64,000 bases of DNA from Mobula hypostoma (lineage: Eukaryota), in assembly GCF_963921235.1 (NCBI RefSeq), contig NC_086097.1, forward strand, positions 220,970,001 to 221,034,000. Direction: 5' to 3'. The notes under the pieces were generated by a model, which saw only the letters and a list, made by a program, of their open reading frames with translations, was not told the origin of the DNA and ran no database searches. Positions 24,760 through 36,544 of this stretch are shown piece after piece. The position numbers and the translations under genes were made by a program. Numbering within the stretch: the stretch's first letter is position 1; every line of letters starts with the position of its first letter.

Positions 24760-26375
24760 AGGAAATCACATGAGATGCTGGCTGGTGATAGGTGGAAGAG
24801 GCAAAGGACCGAAGAAGATGGACTCTGACAGCAGAGGATATTAGACCATGTAATAAAAGGGGAGGCAGGAAACAAGAGGGAGGAAGATGTGGATAATGGG
24901 CAGGCCTTGAGGGTGGAGAGGAGCTAAAGGGATGAGGGAAAATATAAAGGGGTGGGGAAATGGTTAACAGGAGTGAGAGAAATTGATGTTGGTGCCACCA
25001 GGATGAAAACTATCAAGTCGGAATATGAGGTGCTGTCCCTCTAATCTACATCTAGATTTATCTGGGCAGTAGAGGAGGCCGTGGATAGATGTGTCAGTGT
25101 GGGAATGGGAAGTGGAATTAAAGCGGGTGGCTCCTGGCTGTAACAGACAGAGTAAAGGTGATCGACGAAGCAATCCCCCAACCTGTGTCAGGTCTCATCA
25201 ATGGCTGAGGTAAATGACACTGATGGATTCACATGGGGAGTGCTGTCCCACCCGGAAGGACTGTTTAGGGTCCTGAATGGTGGTGAGCGAGGAGGTGAAG
25301 GGCCAGGTATAACATTTGTAATGGTTGTGGAGTTAAGTGCTGGGATGGGAGGTGTGTTGGCGGTGAGGAATGAACAGGGAAATTGCAAAGACGGATCCCT
25401 GTGGGAAGTGGAGAGGGGAGTGAAGTGGGAGATGTGCTTGGTGATGCAACCCTGTTGGGGTTGGCAGAAGTTGTAAAGAATGATATGTTGGATGCAGAGG
25501 CTCATGGGGTGGTAGGTGAAGACAATGGGATCACTATCCCTGTTATGTCAGGGGTGAGGGCAGGTGTGCAGGAAATGGAGGAGACATGGGTGAGGGATGC
25601 ATTCATAGCAATGGAAGTAAAATAGGAGGGCATCACCTGGAACAGAAAGTCTCACCATCAGAACAGCTGTAGTGGAGATGGAGGAACTGAGAGAAGGGAA
25701 TAGCATCCTTGCAATAGACAGGGTGGGAGGAAGTGTAGTCAAGTGGGTTTGTAAAGATGTTGGTAGGATACCTGATTATGGAGGTGGAGACAGAGAGATC
25801 AAGAAAGGAGAGAGAGGTGCAAGAGATGGATCAAATAACTTTGAGGGCAGAGTGGAAGTTGGAGGCAAAGCTGATTAATTGAAGAGCCCAGAATGGGTGC
25901 TGGATATGGTACCAATGCAGTCATCAATGTGGTGCAGGAGGAGTTGGGGAGAATTATTGATGTAGGCTTGGAATAAGGAATGTCCCAGGTAGCTGACAAA
26001 AAGGCAGGCATAGTTGGGGTCGCCGTGTGTGCCCATGGTTGCACATCTTTGATCTGGAGAAAGAGTGAGAAACCAAAAGGGTGAGGACCAGTTCCACCAG
26101 ATGGAGAGGGATGGAGAGTAGGAGGCCCATTGTCAGGAAAGAAGTGGAGAGCATTGAGGTTTTCCTGATGGGGAAATGGAAGGGTACAGGGACTGGATGT
26201 CGATGGTGATAATGATGCAGTTAGAGCCAGCAAACTGATAATAGTTGAAGTGGTGGGGAGCATGTGAAATATCACAAACGCAGGTGGGTAGGAGATCAGC
26301 CAAGAGAGACAAAGTGGAGTCAAAATAGAAGGATATGAGTTCAGTGAGGCAGGAGCAGCCAGAAACAATGGATCT
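24760..26375 (-). mobile_element. Degraded Penelope-like element (RT + GIY-YIG remnant)
   Basis: Minus-strand TIDIQSLYPSI (PLE RT) and FNSTSHSHTDTSIHGLLYC...EGQHLIFRLDS. Confidence 0.8.
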
Positions 26376-27083
26376 ATGGAATTCGCTGCCACAGGCAGCT
26401 GTGGAGGCCAAGTCTGTATGTATATTGATATTGTATATTTAAGGTAGAAGTTGATAGATTCTTGATTGGTCAGGGCATGAAGGGACATGGGGAGAAGGCA
26501 GGAGAATGGGACTGAGAGGAAAATTGGATAAGCCGTAATGAAATGGTGGAGCAGATGCGCTGGGCCAAATGGCCTAATTCTGCTCCAATATCTTATGATC
26601 TTTTGGTGAAATAACTTGGTGAGTTCATAATGTAGAAAGCATCAAGTGACATCTTGTGGTGAAATGTAGAACTGTAGAGAATGACTTCACTGACACAGTT
26701 TCAATAGATCTTGTGATGCTTTCATCACTTGTGTGAAGCTGCTGTGTGCTATTCTTTACACATAGAGACCCGACTGAGGAAAATATAAGCAATAAAATCT
26801 TAACTTGTATACACATGTTCCTGAGACTTTCTCAGTTTAATAAAATTGTAGAATATACTAAGTATGTGGCAGAAGACAAGGCTATTTGGTCCATTGCATC
26901 TGTGCAGATCAGAAAAAAAAAGTCAGATAGCTCAGTATCATCTTGTGACATTAAGCCCAATGTTCTGCATGCTGTGGCTCTTTAAGTGCTCATCCAGGTA
27001 CTTATTAAACGTAATGAGGGTTTCTGCCTCTACCACTCTTAATTAATTTTTTGACGTTTAGAAATACAGCACGGAACAAGTAG

Positions 27084-27337
27084 GCAAGTTGTTACTTCCC
27101 TTCTTGTGTGCACATGGGCTTTCCCCAGATGCTCCAGTTCCTCCCACAGTCCAAAGACATACCAGTTAGTTGGTTAATTGATTATTGTAAATTGCCGTAT
27201 GATTTAACCCCAGCCTAATCATAGGGTAATTTACAATGATCAATTAACCAACTAACTGGTATGTCTTTGGACTGTGGGAGGAACTGGAGCATCTGGGGAA
27301 AGCCCATGTGCACACAGGAAGGGAAGTAACAACTTGC
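27084..27337. repeat. Fold-back inverted repeat of a V-SINE/HE1-like SINE core
   Basis: 121-bp arms 27084-27204 and 27217-27337, 12-bp spacer. Contains the ttcctcccacagtccaaagac V-SINE-like motif. Confidence 0.85.
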
Positions 27338-28626
27338 TGACAGAGAACGCCAGAACTGACCTCTGAACTCCAACGTCCAGAGTTGTAATAGCTTCTCACT
27401 AACCACTACATTATCATGAGTCCCAGTGAGTTCCAGATTCCTATTAACCTTCCTCATCTCCCTTTGAGCTCTTCCATCAATAACTTTCTACTATTAACTA
27501 ATTTTTTTGGGATCTGCACGTTTCTTGCCAGGATATATTTTCCAAACCAGCTACTGTATATCCGTGAACCACCTTCTTAAATGCTGCAGCCTTCTGTTGG
27601 AAAGTTTACTTGGATTTTCAGAAGGCTATTGACAAGGTGCCACACATCGAGATAAGAGCCCATGGTGTTACAGAAAAGATACGAGCATCTTATATCATGT
27701 ATCTTACTGCTCCTGGCTGTAGACCCAGCAACACTGTGCCACTGCTGACAGAATTGCTGCCTTATGGTTCCAGGGACCCAGAGTCAATCACGTCCTCTGG
27801 TACTGTCTGTGTGGAGTTTGCATGTTCTCCTTATGACCATGAGTTTAAAATCCCTCTGGGCTTTCTTGTTTCTTCTTTTCCAAATATTAGAGAATATGCA
27901 CTTGAGACATGAGAGGAAAGTTCAAGGGCAAGTTTTTAATGCAGAGAGTGGTAGGTGCTGAAATGGACTGCCAGGGGTAGTGGTGGATGCAGAAACAATC
28001 GTGTCATTTCAGAGGGTTTCAGATGCACATATGAAACTGCAGGGAATGGAGGAATGTGGATCGTGTACAGGCAGAGGAGATTTATTTTAATTTGGCTGTG
28101 AACTTGGCAGAGACTTCATGGGATGAAGGGCCTGTTCCTGTGCGGTGTTGTTCTAAATATCCTCTCCCAAGCTCATGGAATTGTCAGGCTAATTGGTCTT
28201 TGTAAATTGCCCTGGTGTGTAGGTGAAAGGTAGAATCGGGGGGAGAATTGATGGGACTGTATTGAGAATAGCTTACAAGGAAAGTTTGTGGGGGAGTGGG
28301 ATTTTTGTATAAGCAGTGTAGGCTCGGAGGGCTCCCTGTATGATGTAAGGAGATACAAATACGGAAAGAAGGACAATATGTTTCCAAATCAGGATTGTAT
28401 ACAGCCTGGAGTAAACCTGCGCACATAGTGTTTCCATGTACCAACTGTGTCCAGGATATTGGTTTATCAGGTGCTGTTGAAGTAGTCTTGGCAAACAACT
28501 ACAGTGCTGTTTTGTAAATATAACAACATAAGATATTGTGTTCTAGCATTTCATTGTGGCTGATTTGTATCCCTCTCAACTCCATTCTCCTGCCTTCTCC
28601 CAGTAATCTTTGACGCCCTTACTAAT

Positions 28627-29775
28627 AGTCATAGTCATAGTCATACTTTATTGATGCCGGGGGAAATTGGTTTTCATTACAGTTGCACCATAAATAATAA
28701 ATAGTAATAGAACCATAAATAGTTAAATAGTAATATGTAAATTATGCCAGTAAATTATGAAATAAATCCAGGACCAGCCTATCGGCTCAGGGTGTCTGAC
28801 CCTCCAAGGGAGGAGTTGTAAAGTTTGATGGCCACAGGCAGGAATGACTTCCTATGACGCTCTGTGTTGCATCTCGGTGGGATGAGTCTCTGGCTGAATG
28901 TACTCCTGTGCCCAACCAGTACATCATGTAGTGGATGGGAGACATTGACCAAGATGGCATGCAACTTAGCCAGCATCCTCTTTTCAGACACCACCGTGAG
29001 AGAGTCCAGTTCCATCCCCACAACATCACTGGCCTTACGAATGCGTTTGTTGATTCTGTTGCTGTCTGCTGCCCCAGCACACAACAGCAAACATGATAGC
29101 ACTGGCCACCACAGACTCGTAGAACATCCTCAGCATCGTCTGGCAGACGTTAAAGGACCTCAGTCTCCTCAGGAAATAGAGACGGCTCTGACCCTTCTTG
29201 TAGACAGCCTCAGTGTTCTTAGACCAGTCCAGTTTATTGTCAGTTCGTATCCCCAGGTATTTGTAATCCTCTACCATGTCCACACTGACCCCCTGGATGG
29301 AAACAGGGGTCGCTGGTACCTTAGCTCTCCTCAGGTCTACCACCAGCTCCTTAGTCTTTTTCACATTAAGCTGCAGATAATTCTGCTCACACCATGTCAC
29401 AAAGTTTCCTACCATAGCCCTGTACTCAACCTCATCTCCCTTGCTGATGCATCGAACTATGGCAGAATCATCCGAAAACTTCTGAAGATGACAAGACTCT
29501 GTGCAGTAGTTGAAGTCCGAGGTGTAAATGCTGAAGAGAAAGGGAGACAAAACAGTCCCCTGTGGAGCCCCAGTGCTGCTGATCACTCTGTCAGATACAC
29601 AGTGTTGCAAGCACACGTACTGTGGTCTGCCAGTCAGGTAATCAAGAATCCATGATACCAGGGAAGCATCCAACTGCATCGGTCAGCTTCTCTCCCAGTA
29701 GAGCAGGGCGGATGGAATTGAACGCACTGGAGAAGTCAAAAAACATGACCCTCACGGTGCTCGCTGGCTTGTCCA
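28627..29775 (-). mobile_element. Rex1/Babar LINE 3' fragment nested in a CR1
   Basis: WILDYLTGRPQ, TGAPQGTVLSP, KFSDDS and SFLPVAIKLYN motifs. (ATAGTC)n tail at about 28625-28645. Confidence 0.88.
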
Positions 29776-30680
29776 ATCAAGATCCTATTGAATCAACCTC
29801 CACTTTAAATACACTTAATGAGTTGACCTCTGCAGCCATTCATGGCAATGAATTCCACAGATTCACCACCATCGGGCTAAAGAAATTCCTCCTCAACTCC
29901 ATTCTAAATGAACATCTCTGTATTCCTCGGCTCTGCCCTCTGGTCATAGATTTCCTCGCTGCAGGAAACACCTTCTCATCATGCACTTTATCTGGGGTTT
30001 TCAACGTTCGATAGGTCTCGATGAGATCCCCTCTCATTTTTTAATCTCCAATGAGTACAGTCTCAGAGCCATTAAATACTCCTCATACGTTAACCCTTTA
30101 ATTCTTGAATCATTGTTGTGAATTTCTTCTCGACCCTCTCCAATCCCAGTACACCTTTTAGTTAAGGGGCCCAAAACTGCTCACAATACTCCAGGGTGTA
30201 GTCTGACCAATGCCTTATAAAGACTCAGCATCACATTTGTCCTCTTATATTCCTGTCATCTTGAAATGAATACTAACATAGCATTTGCCTTCCTAAACAC
30301 TGGCTCAATCTACAAGCTAACCAACAGGGAATCCTGCATGAGAACTCCCAAGACTCTTTGCACATCACTTTTTTTCTCCCTATTTAGAAAATAGTCTGCC
30401 TTTATTCCTCCTACCAAAGTGTATGACCACTTCCTTACACTATATTCCATCTGCCACTTCTTGGCCCATTCTCTCAATCTGTCTATGTCCTTCTGCAGAC
30501 TGTCTGTATCCTCAACACTACCTGCCCTTCCACCTATCTTTGTATCATCTGGAAATGTGGCCATAAAACCATCAATTCCATCATCCAAGTTGTTGACACG
30601 TAATGTGAAAAGAAGCGGTCCTAATACTGACCCCCTTCATAAAACCACTTGTCACTGGCAGCCAACCACAACAGGCCCGA
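29776..30680 (-). mobile_element. CR1 LINE fragment (3' tail continues at about 28555-28626)
   Basis: FPDDTKIGG, WAKKWQM, RGDLIETY and VVNLWNSLP motifs. Confidence 0.85.
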
Positions 30681-31104
30681 TCAGGGACTGGAGCCAGAAC
30701 AGTGAATATGGATTATATCACGACAGGTATAATCCAACTTGGAAATGGGACATTTCGTTCCTCCAGATAAATCACTGAAATAGATTGTGAAACCAAGATG
30801 TCAATATTCTTTTCACTGATTGATTGCTCAATAAACTGTTTCAATTTCCATGAATGTGTCTTGTATTCCATGCAATCACCCATAATTACTTCATTGCCCC
30901 GTTTACAAGCAGCTCTAATTTCTTGACTTATGTCACTTCTATTAACTACTTATTTGGTGACCAATTGCTATTTCTTAGTGTTACCCAAAATGATCCAAAT
31001 TGTAAATCTTGATCTATCATGCCAGGTTTATGTTTCACTAATGCACTAATCTCTCTGACTAGTACTGCTTTACCTTTTTCCCTATCTTTCCTAAATGTTG
31101 AAAA

Positions 31105-31945
31105 TCTCAGTCCGTGACCTTCTCTTGTGCCAAGCTGAGGCCACCTCAAAGTGGAGGAGCACCACCTTACATTCCATCTGGGTAGCCTCCAACCTGATGA
31201 CATAAATATCGATTTCTTCCGGTGAAAAGAAATTCCTCACTTCCTCTTTTCCCCACTCTGACCTTTTACTTCTTCTCCTCTGCCTATCATCTCCCCCTGG
31301 GTTTTCCCCTTCCATTTCTCCTATGGATTACTCTCCTCTCCTACCTGATTCCTCCTTCTCCAGTCTATGACCTCTCCCACCTGGCTTCACCTATCATCTT
31401 CCAGCTAGCATCCTTCCTCCTCCTCCACCTTTTTCTTTTAGTGCCTTCCCCCTTCCTTTTCAGTCCTGAAGAAGGGTCTTGGCCCAAATCATCAATGGTT
31501 TATTCAGTTCCATAGATGCTGCCTGACCTGCTGAGTTCCTCCAGCATTTCACTCACAACACGCTGGAGGAATTCAGCAGGTTGGGCAGCATCCATGGAAA
31601 TGATGAGTCGACGTTTCGGGCCAGAACCTTTCATCAGGACTGTAGAGGGAAGGAGCAGAGGCTCTATAAAGAGGGTGGGGGGGGGGAGGGTGCAGGTGAA
31701 AAACCATTTTGTGTTTCCTCCAGCATTTTGTGTTTGTTGTCTTGGAATATATAACTGTCAGCTTTTGTCACCCTGCAGCCATGTTTCCATAATTGCAATG
31801 AGAACACTCCCATTTACAGACAAGAAAATCTGAGCGACACACACAAAATGCTGGAGGAACTCAGCAGGCCAGTTAGCATCTATGGAAAAAAGTACAGTTG
31901 ACGTTTCTGGCCGAGGCTCTTTGGCAGTCCAGCATTTCATGTGTA
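31105..31945. mobile_element. Cluster of Penelope pLTR fragments in both orientations
   Basis: Plus-strand GIY-YIG tail and pLTR at 31105-31550, inverted pLTRs at about 31553-31700 and 31828-31925. Confidence 0.75.
31605..31642 (-). ncRNA. Minimal type I hammerhead ribozyme motif (PLE pLTR)
   Basis: Reverse complement CAGTC-CTGATGA-AAGGTTCTGGCCC-GAAA-CG-TC-GACTC. Confidence 0.65.
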
Positions 31946-33074
31946 TCACACATTCTAATCTAATCTAATTCTATTTACACCATAAGTTAATTTATATTGT
32001 TATGAATCCCAAAAACATTCAAATAGAACATATTTAATTTTATAACTTTCATATTTTCAATACTTTAACACTCTCTGCCTTTTTATGCTGTCTGTTTATT
32101 TATCTTCCTATTTTTTTAACATCCTCTTTATGCTTTTTTTCTGTCCTTAAATTTCTTATGAATTCCCATTTCCCCTGCCACACTAAATTAAATCCTCCCT
32201 GATAGTATTGGCCTCAACTTACACCTTACCGCAGAGATGAAAATGCAAAAGAAAAACAGTTAAAACAAAAATAAGAAAATGCTGCAAAAAATCAGCAGGT
32301 TAGGTGCCTTTCGTGGAGAGAGAAACTGAGTTAGTGATTCAGATTGAAGAGCCTTTGTTAGAAGAACAAAAGAGAGAAAATCATATTTAGTGGTAAGGAT
32401 GGAGGGGGCCTGGATAGGACAAAGAAGAAAGCTTCAAATTTAAAGCAAAAGATGTTTCGATGACCAACTCTATCCCTGATGAAGATGGCGGAGTTTGTCA
32501 TCGAAACATTGATTATAATCCATACCTGTACCTGGCTGGAAGCCCAAGAAGAGCTTATATGTCATATATGCCAAGAAAGCACTAGATCTTTTTCACTTAT
32601 ACTCCACAGTTAATCAATTTGGGACGGTCACATCATTTCATATAGTCTACATATTTGCTTCAGTAACTCAAAGACTTCTACTTCTGCAGTACTTCACTAG
32701 ATGTATCAAAGTTAACAGGATGCTTTATGTGGGCCTCATAGCTATTTCCATGGGCCTCTTTAGGACAAGTTTCGAATTATTGGAAACAGAGTGATGAAAG
32801 AGTGGGTTGATTCAGGACAAGACTGGGTAAGAGACACCAAAATCAGGTTATGTCATGTCCTGAGTGCTCCAAGTAACTGGAATCTATCAGTGAGGATGGT
32901 CTGCCATGCTGCCAAATTACAGCAATTGGCCTCAGCTGAGCAATCCTGAGTAGTATCAAGGGATCTCTGTCACAATTCCTCCTTTGTTTTCCCCAGTGGT
33001 CTCTGATTACTGTAGATGGGAATTGCTGCACAATTCAGAGCCCAACATCCCTTGTTCAGTAGGATAAATCACCA

Positions 33075-34305
33075 CATAGAGTCATAGTGCACTACAGGAC
33101 AGAAACAGGCTGTTTGGTCCATGTAGTCCAGGCTGATCTGATTTTCTGCCCCGTTCTATCTATCTCTACCCAGAATCTAGCTCTCATAACTCCTCCCATT
33201 CATGTGCCTATTCAAATTTCTCTCAAATTCTGCAATTGAACCTGCATCTACCACTTCCACTGGCAGCCTGTTCCACACTCACACCACTCTCTAAATTCAA
33301 ATTTCCCCTCAGGTTACCGTTAAATATTTCACCTTTCACCCTAAACCTATGACCCCTAGATCTAGTCTCAGCCAACCTCAGAGGAAAATGCCTGCATGCA
33401 ATCACTCTATCTATACCCCTGCAACACACATCAAAGTTGCTGGTGAACGCAGCAGGCCAAGCAGCATCTGTAGGAAGAGGTGCAGTCGACGTTTCAGGCC
33501 GAGACCCTTAATTTTGTATAGCTCTATAAGACCTCCTCTCATTCTTTTACGGTCCCGGGAATAAAGTCCTAACCTATTCAACATTTCTCTATAACTCAGG
33601 TCCTCAAGTCCTAGCAACATCCTTGTCAATTTTTTGCTGTACTCGTTCAAACTTATTGATATCTTTCCCATAGGTAGGTAATCAGAACTGCACATAGTAC
33701 TCTAAATACGGCCTTATTAACATCTTGTACAACTTCAACATAACATTCCAACTCCTGTACTCAGTGTCCTGATTTATGAAGGCCAATGTGCTAAAAGCTT
33801 TCTTTACAATCCTATCTACCTGAGATGCCACTTTCAAGGAATTATGGACCTGTATTCCCAGATCCCTCTGCTCTATGGCATTCCTCAGAGCCTTACCATT
33901 TATTGTGCAAGTCTCACCCTTGTTTGTCATCCCAAATGCGACACCACTAAATTAAACTTATTGCATTAAATTCCATCTGCCATTTTCAGCCCAGTTTCCC
34001 AGCTGATTCAGTTCCTGCTGTGAGCTTTGAGAGTCTTTCACGCTGTCCACTACATCCCCAAGCTTGGTGTCGTCTGCAAATTTGCCTGTCCAGTTTACCA
34101 CGTTATCATCTAAATCATGAATATAGCTGATAAACAACAATAGACCCAGTACCAATCCCTGCAGCACAGCACACCACTCATCACAGGCCTCCCGTCAGAG
34201 GGACAACCATCTCCTGCTACTCTTTGGCTTCTCCCGCTAAGCTGAGGTTGAATCCAATTGGCTACCTCATCCTGAATGCCAAGTGATAGAACCTTTTTGA
34301 CCATC
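33075..34305 (-). mobile_element. CR1 LINE 3' fragment
   Basis: KFADDTK, QRDLGIQVHNSLKV, RPYLEY and GLYS motifs plus CR1 3' UTR. Confidence 0.85.
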
Positions 34306-34429
34306 CTTTAACAAAAGAGTTGTTAACCTTTTTAACAAAAGGGTGTTACTCCAGGGCCAAAGTGCAAAGCACCCTACTAACAGTCACACACAGCAAAAAG
34401 CACACATGCCACATACAATCCGTAATACA

Positions 34430-35260
34430 ATTACTTATCCGTGTAAGCGGACCAAGTGCTACACATGCCCTTACACTTCCTCCCTTACCACCATTCAGGG
34501 CCCCAAACAGTCCTTCCAGGTGAGGCAACACTTCACCTGTGAGTCGGCTGGGGTGATATACTGCGTCCGGTGCTCCCGATGTGGCCTTTTATATATTGGC
34601 GAGACCTGACGCAGACTGGGAGACCGTTTTGCTGAACACCTACTCTCTGTCCGCCAGAGAAAGCAGGATCTCCCAGTGGCCACACATTTTAATTCCACAT
34701 CCCATTCCCATTCTGACATGTCTATCCACGGCCTCCTCTACTGTAAAAATGAAGCCACACTCAGGTTGGAGGAACAACACCTTATATTCCGTCTGGGTAG
34801 CCTCCAACCTGATGGCATGAACATCACTCCGCTAATGCCCCACCTCCCCCTCGTACCCCATCTGTTACTTATTTTTATACACACATTCTTTCTCTCACTC
34901 TCCTTTTTCTCTCTCTGTCCCTCTGAATATACCCCTTGCCCATCCTCTGGGTCCCCCCCGCCTTGTCTTTCTTCCTGGACCTCCTGTCCCATGATCCTCT
35001 TGTATCCCTTTTGCCTATCACCTGTCCAGCTCTTGGCTCCATCCCTCCCCCTCCTGTCTTCTCTATCATTTTGGATCTCCCCCTCCCCGTCCAACTTTCA
35101 AATCCCTTACTCACTCTTCCTCCAGTTAGTCCTGACGAAGGGTCTCGGCCTGAAACGTCGACTGTACCTCCTCCTACAGATGCTGCCTGGCCTGCTGCGT
35201 TCACCAGCAACTTTTATGTGTGTTGCTTGAATTTCCAGCATCTGCTGAATTCCTGTTGTA
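34430..35260 (+). mobile_element. Penelope-like element 3' end: GIY-YIG endonuclease + pLTR
   Basis: CYTC...GVIYCVRCSRCGLLYIGET...RFAEH...VATHFN...LEEQHLIFRLGSLQPDGMN. Confidence 0.9.
35127..35164 (+). ncRNA. Minimal type I hammerhead ribozyme motif (PLE pLTR)
   Basis: TAGTC-CTGACGA-AGGGTCTCGGCCT-GAAA-CG-TC-GACTG, intact core. Confidence 0.75.
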
Positions 35261-36544
35261 TGCCACATACAAGATAGCAAGCATGTGTAAGATATCAGTA
35301 AAATATTGTCATGCAAAAAAATAATCCAGTCCCTGAGTCCACGAATGCCACAGAAATTTGCAGTTGACTGCAATTCAGCTTGTCTACTGCCGAGCGAATA
35401 CAGGGTGGGGGGGGGGGTAGTAATTGGGCAGCACTGACTCCAGCCTGGACACTCCGCTGGAGGACACTGGCTCTGACGCCCCTCTCCTGGCAGCCGTAAA
35501 CAGGTGACACCAGGGCCTGAGGCCTAGTGTTTGCTGTGATCGAGGTCACACACTGTTCCCCCACCGTCTGCCAATAAATTAGTGAATCAGACTTGCAGCA
35601 TTCCACATAAACAATGTCCTAAAGGGTCTTGCGATCACAAGAAGAGTGACTAAGACAATACTCACTATTAGACTGCACGCCGCCTTCGCGCACCGACTCC
35701 CCCGAAGTCTCTCTGATGCAAGCAGCAGCACGATCTGCACCAAGTCCAGAACCTTCAGTTTCTTTACCAATGAGAAACTCACTGATGGGGTAGACCTGCA
35801 GGTCATGAAGTTCTTAATATCTAGCACAATCTTGAGATCATAAAAAATGTTTAAAAAGGACAGTAGCACCCTTTGTTGACCCTATAGAAGATGCTGTGAT
35901 CAAACATGCTAAGGGTTGGAAGAATGGGTGATTTCAAAGTTCAAGGTAAATTTATTATCAAAGCATATACTGTATATGTTGTCATATACAATCCTGAGAT
36001 TCATTTTTTACGGGCATTCTCAATAAATCCATATAGAATAATAACCATAATTGAATCAATGAAAGACCACACCGTTGGATGTTGAACCAGTGTGCAAAAG
36101 ACAACTATTCATTTGCAAATACAGAAAAAAAGAAATAATAAAAATTAAATAAGCAATAAATATCGAGAACTCGAGATGAAGAATCCTTGAAAGTGAGTCT
36201 ATAGGTTGTGGAAATGTTTCAATGATGGGCTAAGTGAAGTTAAGCGATCTCACCCCTTTGGTTCAAGAGCCTGATGCCTGAGGGGTAATAACTGGTCCTG
36301 AGCCTGGTGGTGTGATTCCTGAGCATCTTGTATCTTATTCCTGATGGCAGCAGTGAGAAGGGAGTATGATCTGGATGGTGTGGTTACCTGATGGTGGATG
36401 CTGCTTTCCTGCAACAATGCTTCGTGTAGATGTGCCCAATAGTGTAATCAAGAGTAAAGACAATCTATATGGACTCTTGATCTCACAATCCACCTCATTA
36501 TGATCTTACATTTTATTGTTTATCTGCACTGCGCTCTCCTGGTA

